NCBI GenBank assembly: GCA_973895155.1
Contig: OZ316894.1
Location: 23,558,709 to 23,622,708, forward strand
Direction: 5' to 3'
Source: Marsupella aquatica
Taxonomy: Eukaryota; Plantae; Marchantiophyta
DNA length: 64,000 nt
The notes under the pieces were generated by a model. That model worked only from the letters and a program-made list of their open reading frames with translations. It was not told the DNA's origin and ran no database searches. Shown here piece by piece: positions 1-11,503 of the stretch. Each line of letters opens with the position of its first letter. Within the stretch, counting starts at the first letter, position 1. The translations under genes and the position numbers were made by a program.

Positions 1-656
1 TGAGTTGAGATGGTACTCCCGAAATTGCATTGTTTCCCATTGGACAATTTGTGGGTTTGAGTGTGCTCGAAACAAAAGTCATGTTCTTGAGTTTAGTCAT
101 GGTGTTCTCCTAAAGTTTAGTCATGGTGTTCTCCTAGCTCGTTGAAGTGCATTTTCCGAAAATGTATGCAAACTAGAGCAAGGTGTCCAGGCAACGTCAG
201 GGATTGACTTAGTAACACTTTTGTGTATCGTGGCAGTTCCACCCTGATCTTTGAAGTAGAATTACTGGCTGCCAAGCCACGCAGAGGGGCCACCCTGGAT
301 AGCGTTACCGCTGAGAAAGCGAAACTGGAGTGAGTTCTCTCGATGCCTGCATGTATTATCTTTGCTGCCAATACTGGTTGATCTTTTTCGTCGTACCGTT
401 GATTGCTTTGCCTTTACACCTATTTGATCAGTTTATTACCTTTAATGTCTAATGCTTCAGTGCTGGAAAGTGGGCGAACGTTACTCTGGAAAATTTTATA
501 ATTATTGCATCCTTGTAGTATGTCCCACGTCTGCTCATTACTAATATTGGCAGGAAATCGTGAGGACATGCGTCTTTCTTGATATACATTGTCGGAGATG
601 TTGCCATGTTACATCTTTTGTGAGGAAATTCAAGGCGATTGATTGTTATTATGCAG

Positions 657-810
657 GGAAATTCGCAAAGAAAGAGAGGCTGCAGCAGTAAAGAAGGAAG
701 AGGAGAAAAAGAAAAGGGAGGAGGCAAAGTCAGCTGCTGCAACTCGTTTGCAAGCTAAGCTGGACGCCAAGAAAGGCGGTGCAAAAGGTGGTGGTCGAAA
801 GGGCAAGTGA
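657..810 (+). CDS. Terminal exon of a small Lys/Glu-rich, probably coiled-coil protein; upstream exons lie outside the window
   Basis: After acceptor ttattatgcAG (655-656) the frame reads EIRKEREAAAVKKEEEKKKREEAKSAAATRLQAKLDAKKGGAKGGGRKGK-stop (TGA 808-810). Family not confidently recognised. Confidence 0.7.
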
Positions 811-2272
811 ATGAAGTGAGGACCTGGAAGAAACTGAGCCGTAATGGAATGCCATCTTGAGTAGTGCGAAACGTTCATCAGTATGTACATGTGGGGTTTA
901 TCCCCCTATGGTAGCTCTGGCTTCAGATCGTGTGTTTTATTCTTAACTTGTGTAATCAACACTGTCAAGAGATATATGCTATAATGATTTTGAGGAATCT
1001 TTGGATGTCTGCTTCCAAGCTGGATGATCTTCAGTTCCTGACTGCTTAGGTCATGTTTATCGATGAGAATTATCTTAGCAGAATTCACTTCAAAATAAAA
1101 TTTAAACTTATCGGATTTTTAAGTCAGTCGGACGGTCTGAGTTGTGTCGCACTAAGCTGTTGCCGTGCAAGCTCCGTGTTTTTTGTCAACCGCCTAACTT
1201 GCAGAGTCACTTTTTTTTCCTTTGTCGTGGCATTTGACGCTGAGGAACTTGTAACTATTTGTTCTCAAGAGTCACTTAACTCGGAGATAGAAGTAGTGTC
1301 TCTAGAAAATTGTAAAGTAGCAGAGTTTGCAGTTCTGAACAAGTTCCATTTGAGGGTGATATGATGAGCGATTGGTGTCTGTTGACGTTTGGCAGCCGAG
1401 CTTAAATCGAGGAACGCCGCAAATTAGTTTAGGGTATGCAAAGACAATATCTGCAGATTTTGTTCTGGGTTTTAAGCAGGCGGGCAGAACCCAGAAGTTC
1501 ATTTGTCACTGACGACACATAGTGAATAAGTGCAAAGGGAGGGTCTTTATTTTATGCATATTTACACCTTGCACTTTTTGTAAGTGCATATAGGTCGTCA
1601 CTAGACAAACAAATACATAAGTGCAAACCATGGATTAAACACATGCACACTAGAACAAAGGTACAGGAATGTTACATTTGTTGATAAGAGGATGCGATTC
1701 CTATTTCCTATATCTATACAGAGTAATAATATGCTCTATCTATTCAGTAGTGCTGCTGTAAGGCAAGAGGTTAGGGGCATGTTTGGTGTACGTGGACACT
1801 CTGGGTAAGGCAAGGGTATGAGGTTGGGGTGAGGTATGTCTCGTGTTAGTGGAAACTCTTGCTCAAAGACTAGAACCAACCAAACCAAAAGCAGATACTT
1901 GTGGGTCTCTTGTTGCTGTTTTTGTCTAATAATTAACGTGATTCAGAATATCCATCCAGATCAAGATTAAGCATCAAAGTATGTTTCTAGATTCTGGCAC
2001 ACAAGCACATCGACTACATTCATCTAGACCTAGATTTAGCATGAAGATATATATAAGTAACTTGGGTGGTTTTAATGGTTCAGGTTGAATCTAGTGAATC
2101 CTGAAGTGAAATGCAATTTGTCATTGCGTTCAATCAAAAAAGGTCTACGCCACCAACAACAGTCAAGGAAGGAAGGGTGGGGCAGGACATGGTAACCAAA
2201 TAAATAAAATAAAGTGAGACACAATATAACCATAGGAAAGAAAAACGAAGCCTTCATAGACCACCATGATAC

Positions 2273-3168
2273 ATAAGTTGCATGGACCATTCGGTACTGC
2301 GCCTCTTCCTCTCCCCGCCGGACTGTATTGATTCACTGGCTGAGACATTCTTTTGTGCATTGGTGCTCGCTTCTGCTCACTGGGCGTCGACTAGAGGCAT
2401 CCTCCACTCTGAGCGCCCTCCTATGGAATCCGAGTAGACTCATTCACCCCTCGGGATCTGAACTTGCCTATTTTCCTCTTTCTGTATTATACCCGACTGC
2501 AGATGCTGCCACTCCTCCTGGACCCCACGTATCATCTCTCGGAACTCGGTGTATTGACGCTGCTCCTCTCAATCATTCAGGGTCATCTCATTCTGGGCCT
2601 TCTTAATGCAAGAGGATTCTTTGCTGATGGTGGACCATCTCCTGATCTGTCCCTTTGGTCACCCTGACCTAGTCATCACATTTTCGACTATCGGTGACCC
2701 AGTTTTGCTGCTCTATTGCCTTCACCGGCGGAACGGGGGATTACTTGGCAATGGAGGGTTTTTTCTCGGAGTTCTGCCTGGATCTTTCAGCCGGTGGTGG
2801 GCGGAGTTGGTGTATTTCCCGGTCTGGTCCTGGCTGGTCTCCCTGGTTATGTTGGTTGGTGATTGATTGCTTCTCTTATTCTCTTGCTGCTTCCTGGCCG
2901 TCCTTGTTCCCCCTTGGGCTGCCCTTCCTCGCTTGGATGTGCCCCTCTTTTTGGCCATCTGGTTGGGCGGTCTTTGGTGCTTCTCTTCTCTGGGTGTGCT
3001 CCTCCCTCTAGCCACCCTTATTTTCCGTTTCTTTCTATGTCCTGCCTCCTTCTTTTAGGCAGGTTTGTGTTCTTTTCTGCCATATGAATAAAGTGTCAAC
3101 GCAGTCTGATTTAAAAATAAAATAAAAATAAAAATAAATAAAAATAAAAATAAGTTGCATGGACCATT
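2273..3168 (+). mobile_element. 5'-truncated non-LTR retrotransposon or retroposed insert (about 858 bp, 2292-3149) with 19-bp target-site duplication
   Basis: ATAAGTTGCATGGACCATT occurs at 2273-2291 and 3150-3168. The insert has AATAAA near 3087, ends in a (TAAAAA)n tail, and is more GC-rich than its flanks. Confidence 0.8.
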
Positions 3169-3617
3169 ACAACCCTGACCAACCATTTTAAATATTGCCT
3201 TGAAATCAAAATAGTGTCTTTTCTTTGTAACAATGTTGGGGTTCAAAACGTTGCTAGGTCTATTCAAGTTGCATGATTACTAGGTGTGGCAAAGTGGTAA
3301 GGACATATTAATTATGTGTACACCTAATTACCCTGGAATTTGGGGTCAGAATTGAAAGGCAGCTGGGCTCGGCTTTGAATCAGTCCAGCTTTGAATCTGA
3401 CATGGCTATGCTTGGTTGCATTGGGGGTGAGGGAGGGAAAAAAGCCCTGCCGGTAATCACACATCAAAATGTGATAATATACGAGGTGCATTCATTGATT
3501 TAAAGAAAATAATGAGGTTTATCATGGTATGGAGAGATGTACTACACCATATATGTCATATTTTGATGTGCACTTATCAATCTGGTCTCCACATGTCTTA
3601 ATTTTTGCCCAATTATT

Positions 3618-4126
3618 GCAACGCCACATGCTAAAAATTATACAACGCCACATTTTTTATACAACGCCTATTAAAACCACATTTTTTTACAACGCCTATT
3701 AAATTATACAACGCCACATGCTAAAAAATCATAAACAAAGTCTCAAAACTCGAGCACGACGCCCTGGGCTCACTATTCGAATATAGCGCCCCTTGGCCCA
3801 CTATTCGAATATAGCGCCCGGGCGCTGTGTTCGGGGGAAGACGGTAGCTGGTCTGCTGCGACGGTGTGCACCAAAGAAAAGGGTCTTGGCTTTGAATCTG
3901 ACATGGCTCTGCTTGCTGCATTGGGGGTGAGGGAAGGAAAGGGGGAAAATAATTGAGACGGCAGTAAGGCTGTAACGTAACCCCTGCCTTACAGGGCAAG
4001 TCAATGTTTCCCCCCTTTCTTAAAATAATTAACTTGATCGGGGTACCAAGCAACTTATTTTTGAAATGTGGTTTTAATAGGCGTTGTATAAAAAAGTGTG
4101 GTTTTAATAGGCGTTGCTAAAAATTT
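3618..4126. mobile_element. Foldback/MITE-like element whose ends are built from repeated CAACGCCTATTAAAACCACATTT motifs
   Basis: Motif copies at about 3620-3725 are mirrored by AAATGTGGTTTTAATAGGCGTTG copies at about 4065-4120. Internal direct repeat CACTATTCGAATATAGCGCCC x2. No TSD identified. Confidence 0.5.
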
Positions 4127-4672
4127 TTGCAAGAAAACTGTGAAGCTCCTACGTGGTAAAACCACAGCCTAATTCAGCACGAACTTTTTTGTAAGACGCT
4201 TAGTTTCCTTCTCTCTCCTCCCTTGCAAAAGTATACATGAAGTGACCAGCTACAGTCGATCTTCACATCATGCTGAATGAGCCTATTGACCTTCCTCAAT
4301 TTGCCAAAACGAGCACGTCTCATCCAATGCACCGTCACCATCCCACCCTAATCAACGATGAAAGCTAAATGAAAGCCATCTTTCATGATTGCAATTAGTT
4401 CAGGCAAAAACCACAGAATGTATGGACTTTAGGGACCTTTCCAGTCGAGACGGTCAGTTAGCTTGTAGATCAAACAAAGTGAAAGAAATGGAAGCCCATA
4501 AAAATTCAAACCAAAATATAATATCCTGGAAGTGTCAAATTTAGAATTATTTCCCATCAGAATTTGGAATTCAAGTCTTGAAAACTTTGTGTGCTCTATC
4601 TTAAGCTTAGCGACTAGCAATTGGGTCCATACTGCTCAACCATCTAAATGTTGTTCCGTTCGAGTGAGAGAT

Positions 4673-5815
4673 TTATGTTGAGAGAGATTTATGTTGAGTA
4701 AATAAACTCAACAGAGTTGCGAGTTTAGAATCAGGTCGCTGTGAAACATCATCAGGTCTTGCCAAAACATCAAAAACCTTAGACTTCAGCTTGTCAAAGT
4801 TCTCCTTGAAGAGCTTCTCGGCTTCCTCTTGGAGTTTAGTGGCGGCAAACTTCCGAGAGAGCTGGAGCATCTGTGGGACATTATCGACACTTAATCGTCG
4901 GCAAAGCTCAGCTTCACATAACTCCTTTAGATATCCAATTCGCAAGTCATGTGCAGCTCTGAGGACCTCGTCAGCAGGCACAGAAACCTCGTCGAATTCA
5001 AATTTCCCAGACTGGCAAAAATTCACTATCTCGGAGAAGACTGGACCTATGTCATAAATAGGCCCACAAACGAAATCCATCTTCAATTGCGTTGGAGTGA
5101 CTGCACCTCCGTATAGTAAATTCTTGATGACCGGTGATTTTGCACTCTGAACAGAATACCGATAAGAATCATGCTCAAGACGATCTAAATTTACGTAATT
5201 AACTTTGCTGAAAGGTCCTTGGAGTGGGAAAATCACGGTCGAGAACGGGTGCATCTGCAGGCTCAGTAGGTAAGGAAACAAATCTGAACAAAGCGGAACG
5301 AAAGTGTATGTCATTCAACAGACTGACTGATTGTCAACGGAAAAGTTAGTTTGAAGTGAATTTCTTACCAGGGCGTATAGCTCGAGTACATCGGTCGCGT
5401 CCTCTAGACTCTCTGACGGAATCTCGCAGTGCAGCTCCAGAAATTTCACTTTCTTTCGTCGACGTTTGGTTTTAGCCTTGAGCTTGGTCAGCTCCGACTG
5501 CAATTGTTCGTTCTCTACCTTCTTGTTTCTCAAGGCGCGCGAATACTTGGCCGTCGCGCTGAACAGTTCAGTTTCATGATTCTCGTTCATCTTGGCAAAA
5601 GCAGCCCGCAGAGACCTCAATTTAGCTTCCCTCTTGGAAAAGGCAGCTTGTACAGACGTCAATTGAGCTTTAAGGGCCGTCACTTCGTTATCATGACGCT
5701 CGTGACAACCGGAGCAGCTCGAGATTTCCACATTGTGACAGCCATTTTCCCAAGCACGAACTACTGTGGCCTGATCAATCTCCAAGCAGTACCTACAATA
5801 CGTTTTTGACAGCAT
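4673..5815 (-). CDS. BTB/POZ-domain protein, At3g56230/At4g08455-like, copy 1 (exons about 5815-5369 and 5146-4673; a small middle exon is possible)
   Basis: N-terminal CxxC...CxxC (CRYC, CSGC), coiled coil ending KVKFL, GTAAGA donor, CAG acceptor, then SAKSPVIK...AAHDLRIGYLKELCEAELCRRLSVDNVPQMLQLS, typical of BTB/BACK. Confidence 0.8.
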
Positions 5816-7689
5816 CGCTACCGGATACAGGTCTGTCTTGACTTGAGATCGATATTTCAATAACAACTAATTCGTTCTAGATGTAAAGCATCAATGCCGA
5901 TATGAAGAAAGGTGGCTACTGTAATTAACTAGGCGTTCTACGTAAAGGAAGCTCAAGATGTTGGGGAATTACTGGACAGGAGATAGCACGACAATCTTTC
6001 AACGTCTTTCATTCCGTGATCAAGATTTGGACGAATCACTAGAGAAGAATACCACGACAATCACTCATCCATCGTCTCGATCTAGGGAACTCAACGCATG
6101 CAGTGGATCGATACTTGCTTACAGAAAATCCTTCCTGTCATTCTTTCACTGAAATATTGACTGGATCGGCCTATAGTTCTGCTTGGATCCATGGGCTAAC
6201 TGGAAACGGCAGGATACAACGAATCTTGTCAGGCAGATCTGCTCGATACGGAATGAATGTACGTTGCCGTCGTAGGTCTAGACGAACAAATCGGTAGCCC
6301 GATGTACCTCTCTGTTGGATCGGATCGGATCTTACCAGAACATTCCTGCGAATTCTTCCTCAGTCAAATTCTTTCTGGTAGTACAGACGTACAATGAGGC
6401 TAACGTGAAGGGGCAGAATAATGATAATGTTCACCAGTACAGTATTTCTGCGATTTTACGCACGACCCCGCCAAAGAAGGTACGAATGGAATGAGTATTG
6501 ATGCCCTCCAATTTCTTTCAATTGAAATCTCGTCATACTGGTGAGACTTCCACAGCCTTCACATACCTTTTTTTCCCTGTTTGCCTTGTTTCCGCCGGAG
6601 GTGGGTACATGTCCAAAAGAAAGGAGCATTCAAACGAATGATTGGAGCACGCCAAAGACTATCCAGGATAGCTCAGTCGCGAGCCCCTAGCAGGCCTAGA
6701 GATCAAAGGGAAGCATAGCATTGTCAGAGTAAATTATGTGCTTAATTGCAGAATCAAGTACATTTCAGTATAGTCCGCGCGCATGATGCGCTGCACAGTC
6801 CGCGATCGAGACTAGGAAAATTAAGTTTAGCCATGGTCAGACGAATTCATGTCCTTCCAGAAATAACTGAGGGTACTCTTGTGATCCTGAGGAGTACCCC
6901 AGTGCGATAATAAGACTAGGAGAATCGTTTGTGTAAAATCGTGATACGCTCAAAGTGTTTCAGGACGTACTGTACTTTCGGTGCCCCCTCGCTTAGGAAT
7001 TAAGTCACCGTTTCATTGCATTCATCTTTACCATAACTTAGTAATAGATGATTCTGAATCCAGGACAGTAGGATTCCCCATTTCTTTCCAGTTTGTGCAG
7101 CTTAAAAGGATAATTAATTGAAACGTTTAAATCCCGAACACTGAACGTTTAAATCCCGAACACTCAGTAGAAAAGCATCTCTCAAAACGTGCAATGCTTT
7201 TGTTCACAAGTTTAATAGTTGCACTAAACCTGAACAGACCCAGGCTGCACTCATCACCCTCTCTGAAAATTGCAAACGAGCTTTAATACCCGGTATATAA
7301 ACTATCGAACACGACGGACAAGCAAAAAACCATCATAGCTCACAGTGTGAACTTATCCTTTGATTCCATATCTTTTAATGAGATTCAATTGTACCTCGTT
7401 CAAGTAGCTTGATATTTTGTCTTGTAGTACGTGATATGTAAGTGATACTGTTTCTTGTGCTGAACTTCTTAGAGTCTTATCGTTTCTTATACTGATTGCT
7501 GCAATTACTTTTGTCCTACGACTAGTGACTTTAATTACTGTAAAGGGGATTGAGGATCTAGATGAGGATGCCACGAGGATCCATTAGATGAGGATGCCAA
7601 GTTGACATGCAATTGCATGGAAGACAATGAACGTTCTAAATACGAAGGAAGTAGACCACAGTTGTTGAGGAGTTACATGGCCACTGGGA

Positions 7690-7822
7690 ACTACAGAGTC
7701 CACTTCAATCATACAATGAGCACTCGGAACTAGAGTCCAATTCAATTATACAATGAGCCTCCACTCAGAACGAGAGTCCAATTATACAAAGGGCGTCCAC
7801 TCAGAACGAGAGTCGAATTACC
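7690..7822. repeat. Degenerate short tandem repeat (CCACTCAGAACGAGAGTCCAATTA-like, about 4 copies)
   Basis: Motif read directly at about 7762 and 7797, with weaker copies upstream. Confidence 0.6.
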
Positions 7823-8512
7823 CAATGAGATATTTTCTGGATATCAAAAGATGGAAATACTTGCTTGTGTTGAGAACCTTTATTATGAGACCGAACTTCT
7901 ACAATCTTCTCAGGTTCCATATGCCGAAAACATTTGTCCATTTGCCCGAGTTACCAATCACCACGTCCCTTTCGAGCAACTCCGATTGATCAAGCACACC
8001 ATGATCTTCCCCTCACTCTAGTAAATAGCTCCTTTAATTGGCAGATCGACGTACGGACACAGACAGAACAAGCGACATAGCGTTGACAAACATATTATTG
8101 GGGCATCTCACAATTTGGCGATACCAGCCGGCCCGGATACCAGGACACCATCACCATCCCTCCCTAATTTAACGATGAAAGCTAAAAACCATCTGACATT
8201 GCACTTCCTTCAGGTAAAACCAAAAAATGTTTAGGGTTTAGGGACCTTTCCAGTCGGAACGATCAGTTCAGTTGTACATAAAACAAGTAAAAGAACTGGA
8301 AGCCCATACAAATTCAAACAAAAATCCTGGAAGCGAGCGATATAGCCTGGAATAGTCAAATTTACATTATTTCCCATCAGAATTTAGAATTCAAGTCTTG
8401 AAAATTTTGTGTGCGTTCTATCTTAAGCTGCGCGACTAGCAACTCCGTCCCTAATGCCCAAACAGATATCTGTTGTCCTGTCAAGTGACAGATATATATA
8501 TTGAGTTCTAAA

Positions 8513-9594
8513 TTAAGTTAATAAACTGTCGTACAACTTTGAGAGCTTAGAATGTGGTCGCTGTGAAAGATCATCAGGTCCTGCCAAGACATGAAAAACC
8601 TTAGACTTCAGCGTGTCGAAGTGCTCCTTAAAGAGATTCCCGGCTTCCTCTTGGAGTTTAGTGGTTCCAAACTTCCGAGAGAGCTTGAGCATCTGCGGCA
8701 CGTTATCGACACTTAACCGTCGGCAGAGCTCAGCTTCACATAACTCCTTTAGATATCCAATTTGCAAGTCATGTGCAGCTCTGAGGACCTCGTCAGCAGG
8801 CACAGATACCTTGTCGAACGTAAATTTCCCAGAGTGGCAAAAGTCCAGTATCTCTTGGAAGACTGGACCTGTTATGTCACAAACAGGCCCACAAATGAAA
8901 TCCGTCTTCACTTCCGTTGCACTTAACCCAGTTCCGCATAATAAATCCTCGATGACCGGTGATTTTGCACTCTGAACAGAACAAACAAGAATCATGCTCA
9001 AGACGACCTAAAGTAGTGTAATTAAATTAACTTTGCTGAAAGGTCGAGAACGGCTGCAAATCCAGGAAAGGAAACAAATCTGAACAAAACGAAACGAAAG
9101 TGTATGCATGTCAGTTAATAGTGATTTGATTGACAATGAAAATAACTTACCAGGTCGTATAGCGCGAGCTCATCGGTCGGGACCTCTAGAGGTGGAGGGA
9201 ACTTGCAGTGCAGCTCCAGAAATTTCAGTTTCCTTCGTTGGCGTTCGGTTTTAGCCTTAAGCTCGTTCACCTGCGACAGCAATTGTTCGTACTCCGTCTT
9301 CTTGTCGCTCAAGGCGCGCGAACGCTTGGCCGTCGCGCTGAACAGTTCAGTTTCATGAGTTTCTTTCCTCTTGATAAAGGCAGCTCGCAGACACCTCAAT
9401 TGAGCTTTCCGCTTGGCAAAGGCAGCTTGCACGGACATCAATTCCGCTTGAAGGGCCGTAACTTCTTTATCATGACGCTCGTGACAACCGGAGCAGCCCC
9501 AGATTTCCACAATGTGACTGCCATTTTCCCAAGTACGCACTACTGTCGCCTGATCGACCTCCAGACAGTACCTACAATACTTTTTTGACAACAT
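8513..9594 (-). CDS. BTB/POZ-domain protein, At3g56230-like, copy 2 (exons about 9594-9151 and 8971-8513)
   Basis: Paralogue of 4673-5815 with the same motifs (CRYC, CSGC, KLKFL, YLKELCEAELCRRLSVDNV) and the same splice positions. Confidence 0.8.
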
Positions 9595-10084
9595 CACTAC
9601 CGGATTCCGACTTTTTTCTCACTTGACATCGATATTTCAATAACAAGTCTTTCTAGATGTAAAGTAACTAGGCGTACGTTCTATGTGAACGAAGCTGAAT
9701 ATGTTGACCACTTACTGGACATGAGATAGCACGACAATCTCTCGTCTCTCATTCATTTGGACGAACCACTAGACAAGACTACCAGGAAAATCACTCATCG
9801 ATCGTCGCTATGTAGTGAACTCGACGCATGTAGTCAAATCGATACTTGCTTACAGAAGAAACCTTCCGGTCATTCGTTCACTCATATATTGACTGGATCG
9901 GCCCATAGTTCCGCTTGCATCCATGGAGTCATGAACTAACCGGAAACGGCAGGATCCAACGAATCTTAATTATCAGGCACATCTGCTCGATACGGACTAT
10001 ATGGAATGAATGTACGTTTCTGTCATGGGTTAGATACGAGCAAATTGGCGGCCCATAGGTTAGATACGAGCAATGTGCACCTCC

Positions 10085-10345
10085 GCGTCGAATAGATAGG
10101 AGATCAATATTTTGAGTGCACACCATATATTACCACATTCGCGTCGAATAGATAAGAGATCAATATTTTGAGTGCACACCATATATTACCACATTTTGAT
10201 GTGATTACCATATATTACCAAATGATAATCACATATATTAACACATGATGTGATTACCATATATTACCAAATGATAATCACATATATTAACACATTTTGA
10301 TGTGTGATTACTTTATATTAACACATTTTGATGTGTGATTACACA
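10085..10345. repeat. Nested tandem repeats (about 55 bp x2, then about 50 bp x2) related to a dispersed short repeat
   Basis: GCGTCGAATAGATA.GAGATCAATATTTTGAGTGCACACCATATATTACCACATT x2, then GATGTGATTACCATATATTACCAAATGATAATCACATATATTAACACA x2. Confidence 0.8.
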
Positions 10346-10877
10346 AATCTTTCCTCAAGTATCCGCACTCTTAGTACCAACGTACAATAATGATCAGGAT
10401 GAAGGCAAGATGGTGATAATGTTGAGAAGTACAGTATCTTTGCGATGTTACACAGACCCGCCTCACGAAGGTACCCGAATGGAATGATTAGCCACTGCCC
10501 TCCAATTTCACACAGTTAAAATCTCGTCATACTGGTCCGGCTGAGATGGACAGAGACTTCCACACTCAGCCATGACATACCTTTCTTTTCTCGATCGTTT
10601 GGCTGCCTGGTAACCTCCCGGAGGTGGGTACGCGTCCAAAATCCAAGAAGGTTAGACAAAGTAACAGTCAAAGGGATTTGCGCTCACCAAAGAGTTTTGA
10701 TCTTGTCAAGCTGTTCAATCTATCACTAGAAGAAAATTTTGGCCGAGCTCAAAACTTGACTTATCGATTTGGGCAAAATTTCAATTAAATAATCGAGTGC
10801 TTTAGGGTACTTTGATTCTTGATTGTTTACATTCACTAGCCAATCTATTCTTACTCTCTTCTTCTTGCTAGAGTCTT

Positions 10878-10968
10878 CACTCTAGACAATAGGCCCAAGA
10901 AACTCTAGACAGTAGTCCCAAGAAACTCGACAATAGGCCCAAGAAACTCTAGACAATAGTCCAAGAAG
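10878..10968. repeat. About 23-bp minisatellite ACTCTAGACAATAGGCCCAAGAA, about 4 copies
   Basis: Read directly from the sequence. Confidence 0.8.
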
Positions 10969-11177
10969 TAGCTTTTGAGCTTTATCAGTTAGATGAGCAT
11001 AAATGCCCATTATTTGAATCTTAATAAAAATTATTATTTTGACAAAAATAATATCCCATTTTTTTCAATCCACATAAATTTTGGTGAGCACTAGAGTCAC
11101 AGCCTAGAGGCTCCATTCTAGAACCCAACTCTAGCTTCTCTTAGGAATACTTCTATATATTTAGAGTTGTACTAAAG

Positions 11178-11471
11178 TGTAAAAAACCGTCAGCTCCGGA
11201 CTAGACAGCAATGCGGAAACATGAGAGACACTCAATCAGACGCTACACCGACGAGACACCCCGAGTGGAGAAACTCCTGAAAGCTCAATAGCAAATGAGA
11301 GTACATGTGAAGAATGAGGGAGAGAATGGTCTCCCTCCAGCCTATACCCCCCAAGGGGGCCAAGATGAGTGGGCCTAAACAAAGCGGATCTTATCCTAAT
11401 GTAATCTAGGGTTAACTAACCCTAGTAAGGCCAAAATAAACTAAGTCGGGAACTCGAGTCAATTCCTAACA
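11178..11471 (-). repeat. 3' LTR of copia element 1
   Basis: Matches 17835-18128 with about 7 transitions by eye; adjacent to the PPT. Confidence 0.95.
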
Positions 11472-11503
11472 ATCTCCACCTTGACTCCAGTTCACACAAT
11501 GAG

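Larger units (their letters stand above)
4330..10650. repeat. Tandem segmental duplication (about 4330-6620 and about 8150-10650) carrying the BTB gene with its upstream and downstream flanks
   Basis: Colinear shared non-coding blocks, e.g. AACGATGAAAGCTAAA, TTAGGGACCTTTCCAGTC, AAATCTCGTCATACTGGT, CCGGAGGTGGGTAC. Confidence 0.85.

Noticed and set aside
8230-8244. TTTAGGG telomere-like motif
   Set aside because: Only two units; not an interstitial telomeric array.
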